Below the pieces are notes generated by a model. It did no database searches. It was not told the DNA's origin and saw nothing but the letters and a program-made list of their open reading frames with translations. DNA of 64,000 nt from Gammaproteobacteria bacterium (GTDB lineage: Bacteria; Pseudomonadota; Gammaproteobacteria; Ga0077554; Ga007554). Where the stretch lies: positions 202-64,201 of the forward strand of contig JAHFRW010000003.1 of assembly GCA_023266055.1 (NCBI GenBank), read 5' to 3'. Each line of letters opens with the position of its first letter. Within the stretch, counting starts at the first letter, position 1. Below are positions 61,832-64,000 of this stretch, one piece after another. A program made the translations under genes and the position numbers.

Positions 61832-61876
61832 TGCAAATTTTAATATTATTATTTTCTAATATATGTGGAGTGTGGC

Positions 61877-62197
61877 ATGCGTGAGATCAGCGCCCAACAA
61901 CTCAAGGAACACCTGCAGGCCAGCGTTTCATCCCCTTTATTGCTGGACGTGCGCGAGCCTTGGGAATACCAGATTTGCCACATTGAGGGCGCGCAGTTAA
62001 TGCCCATGTCGCAAATTCCCCAGACATACAAAACACTCGATCCACAACAGGAAATTGTCGTGATTTGCCATCATGGACGACGCAGCCTTCAGGTCGGTAA
62101 TTATCTTGAGCGTGCGGGATTTGCGCGCATCGTTAACCTGACGGGCGGTGTCGATGCCTGGGCGCGTGACGTTGACCCGTCAATGCCAACCTATTAA
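61877..62197 (+). CDS. rhodanese-like single-domain sulfurtransferase
   Basis: active-site loop CHHGRRS; about 107 aa from MREISAQ. Confidence 0.8.
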   Translation: MREISAQQLKEHLQASVSSPLLLDVREPWEYQICHIEGAQLMPMSQIPQTYKTLDPQQEIVVICHHGRRSLQVGNYLERAGFARIVNLTGGVDAWARDVDPSMPTY

Positions 62198-62207
62198 AGG
62201 ATTAATC

Positions 62208-63566
62208 ATGAAGGCACACTCACTTGTTCTGGCCGTCACGGTGGCGATATCGTCAATGGCGGCGGGGGGAGGCGTTGCGCAGGCAGAAAACCTGCTCGAT
62301 GTATATCGTCTGGCCCTCGACAGCGACCCGCAGGTAAAGGCGGCTGAAGCTTCGTGGCAAGCCGTGCAGGAAACACGCCAGCAAAGCCGTGCCTTGTTTT
62401 ACCCGAAAATCAGCCTGGATGGAAATGCCACTCGCAACCGTCAGGAAGTGACCGGCTCTTCCAGCGCATTGTTTCCATCGGACAGCACATTTTACTTCAC
62501 CAATAAATCACTGGGCCTGAACTTGAACCAGCCGTTATATCATCACGACTACTATGTGCAATTGCGCCAGACCGACGCGCGCATTCGTCAGGCCGAGGCG
62601 GAATATCATGCCGCACAACAAGAATTGTTACTGCGGGTTTCAGAGCGTTATTTTGAAGTATTGGCAGAGACCGATACATTGGGGTTCGCGCAAGCTGAAA
62701 AACAGGCAATTGCAAGGCAACTGGAGCAGACGCGCCAGCGTTTTGATGTTGGCCTGGTAGCGATTACCGATGTGCATGAAGCACAAGCGCGCTTTGATCT
62801 GGCCAGCAGTCAGGAAATTGAAGCACAAACCCGTCTGGCCAGCAGCCGTGAAGCCTTGCGTGAAATTACTGCCATCTTGCCTGCAACACTCAGCGGACTG
62901 GCGGATACTGCCGTCCCACTGACATCGCCCGAGCCGCAGAATGTTGAAGCCTGGGTAGACGCCACGCGCAACCAGAACTTTCAGATTATCGCCGCGCAGG
63001 CCGCCACCGAAGTGGCATCACACAATATCGAAGCGCAGCGTGCCGGGCATTACCCGACGTTTGATGCCGTGTTGAGTCATGGCTATGGATCGTCGGGCGG
63101 TGCATTTGGCAACAGGGAAACACTCGACAGCGCCATTGGCCTGCAGTTAAGTGTGCCGTTGTACAGTGGTGGCGCCGTTAACTCACGAATGCGTGAAGCG
63201 CAGCATCGGCTGACGCAAAGCAAAGAAGTGCTGGAGCAGCAACAGCGCACGGCGGTGCGTCAAACCCGTGACAGCTATATGAACGTGCTCGCCAGCATCA
63301 GCCGCACCAGCGCCCTGCGACAAGCCACCGTCTCCAGTAAAAGCGCGCTGGATGCCACCCAGGCGGGCGCCGAAGTAGGCACGCGTACCACCGTAGACGT
63401 GCTGAATGCGCAGCGTGATGTATACCGCGCGCAACGTGACCTGTCACGCGCACGTTACGACTATGTGCTTAACATGGTGCGCCTGAAGCAGGCGGCAGGC
63501 ATGTTGTCGCTGGTGGATCTGGAACAGGTGAATGGGTGGTTACAGACTGCGCCATCCATTCCCTGA
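62208..63566 (+). CDS. tolC: TolC-family outer membrane efflux channel
   Basis: signal peptide MKAHSLVLAVTVAISSMAAGGGVAQA; two TolC repeats; start set to MKAHSL inside the 62148 ORF. Confidence 0.85.
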   Translation: MKAHSLVLAVTVAISSMAAGGGVAQAENLLDVYRLALDSDPQVKAAEASWQAVQETRQQSRALFYPKISLDGNATRNRQEVTGSSSALFPSDSTFYFTNKSLGLNLNQPLYHHDYYVQLRQTDARIRQAEAEYHAAQQELLLRVSERYFEVLAETDTLGFAQAEKQAIARQLEQTRQRFDVGLVAITDVHEAQARFDLASSQEIEAQTRLASSREALREITAILPATLSGLADTAVPLTSPEPQNVEAWVDATRNQNFQIIAAQAATEVASHNIEAQRAGHYPTFDAVLSHGYGSSGGAFGNRETLDSAIGLQLSVPLYSGGAVNSRMREAQHRLTQSKEVLEQQQRTAVRQTRDSYMNVLASISRTSALRQATVSSKSALDATQAGAEVGTRTTVDVLNAQRDVYRAQRDLSRARYDYVLNMVRLKQAAGMLSLVDLEQVNGWLQTAPSIP

Positions 63567-63778
63567 CATTTGATTCGGCGCAACGTCACCCCTGTCGTTA
63601 CGGTATTCTGCATTCTCCATGTTTCAATCACCTGAAGTGATTGAAACATGCCAGCACCGCCTTGGGCCGTGGAACCTCTGGCACATCAGGGATTTCTTGT
63701 GTATTGAAAATATTAAAGATGGTGTGTCATGCCAGTCATCAATCTTCGTAGCAGATTAATATTTCCCGGAGCGTCCTT

Positions 63779-64000
63779 TTGTTTAAACTGATTGGTGTCA
63801 TTGCAGGTTATTACTTTCTCGGATTCTTCGGCGGACTTCTTGGTCTCTTGGTGGGTGCGTTTTTTGATCGTGTGCGGGCGTATGGTTCGGGTGCAGTGAA
63901 TCCGCTGCGGAACGCGATTCGTAAAACCGTTTTCCTTGAAACGGTTTTTATTTCGATGGGCAAGCTTGCCAAAGCCGACTCGCATGTCTCTCAGGATGAA
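63779..64000 (+). CDS. djlA: co-chaperone DjlA, N-terminal fragment (runs off window end)
   Basis: frame reads LFKLIGVIAGYYFLGFFGGLLGLLVGAFFDRVRA... matching the DjlA N-terminal TM/Gly-rich region; probable TTG start. Confidence 0.55.
   Translation, partial: MFKLIGVIAGYYFLGFFGGLLGLLVGAFFDRVRAYGSGAVNPLRNAIRKTVFLETVFISMGKLAKADSHVSQDE

Noticed and set aside
63619-63649. 13-bp perfect inverted repeat ATGTTTCAATCAC-CTGAA-GTGATTGAAACAT after tolC
   Set aside because: AT-rich stem without a GC clamp or U-tract. Could be a weak terminator or a binding site. Single occurrence, insufficient evidence.

Overview
The window is a 64 kb segment of a gammaproteobacterial chromosome with roughly 55% GC, and it is almost entirely core housekeeping genes. 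On the minus strand there is a suf Fe-S cluster operon (sufBCDS plus a SufU-type scaffold, an Nfu-type carrier and a Rieske protein). It is followed by lptE-holA, proA-nadD-rsfS, rlmH, an L,D-transpeptidase / Lpp-like lipoprotein / L,D-transpeptidase trio, maf-rng-yhdP, a C-N hydrolase, tldD, and the divergent yjgA/pmbA pair. Next comes a 3.2 kb low-GC islet abutting tRNA-Thr(UGU). After that come a SPOR protein, coaX, birA, and a Pseudomonas-like block (pyrC'-pyrB-pyrR-ruvX-yqgE-tonB3-like). Then an ApbE / NusG_II / Gx-transporter trio, gshB with a ferrooxidans-type gshA, and a DedA::pyridine-nucleotide-disulfide-oxidoreductase fusion. The remainder is nadK, yccA, tRNA-Ser(UGA), miaA-hfq-hflXKC-yjeT, a MacAB-like tripartite ABC efflux set, cysQ, nudE, thiC with its TPP riboswitch, pcm, a rhodanese, tolC and the start of djlA. 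No CRISPR array, rRNA gene or intact mobile element is present. The most plausible place for an undescribed system is the low-GC islet at 28.2-31.5 kb, which carries two uncharacterised genes (a 274-aa Asn/Ser/Thr-rich soluble protein and a 6-TM internally repeated membrane protein) next to a decayed gene fragment beside the tRNA. Other points of interest are a REP/MITE-like 80-90 bp palindromic element present twice in convergent gene gaps, a 29-bp-arm perfect palindrome terminator, an Lpp homologue about twice the usual length flanked by two L,D-transpeptidases, and in-frame tandem ~50-bp duplications inside hflX and cysQ that share a CATGGATG core.
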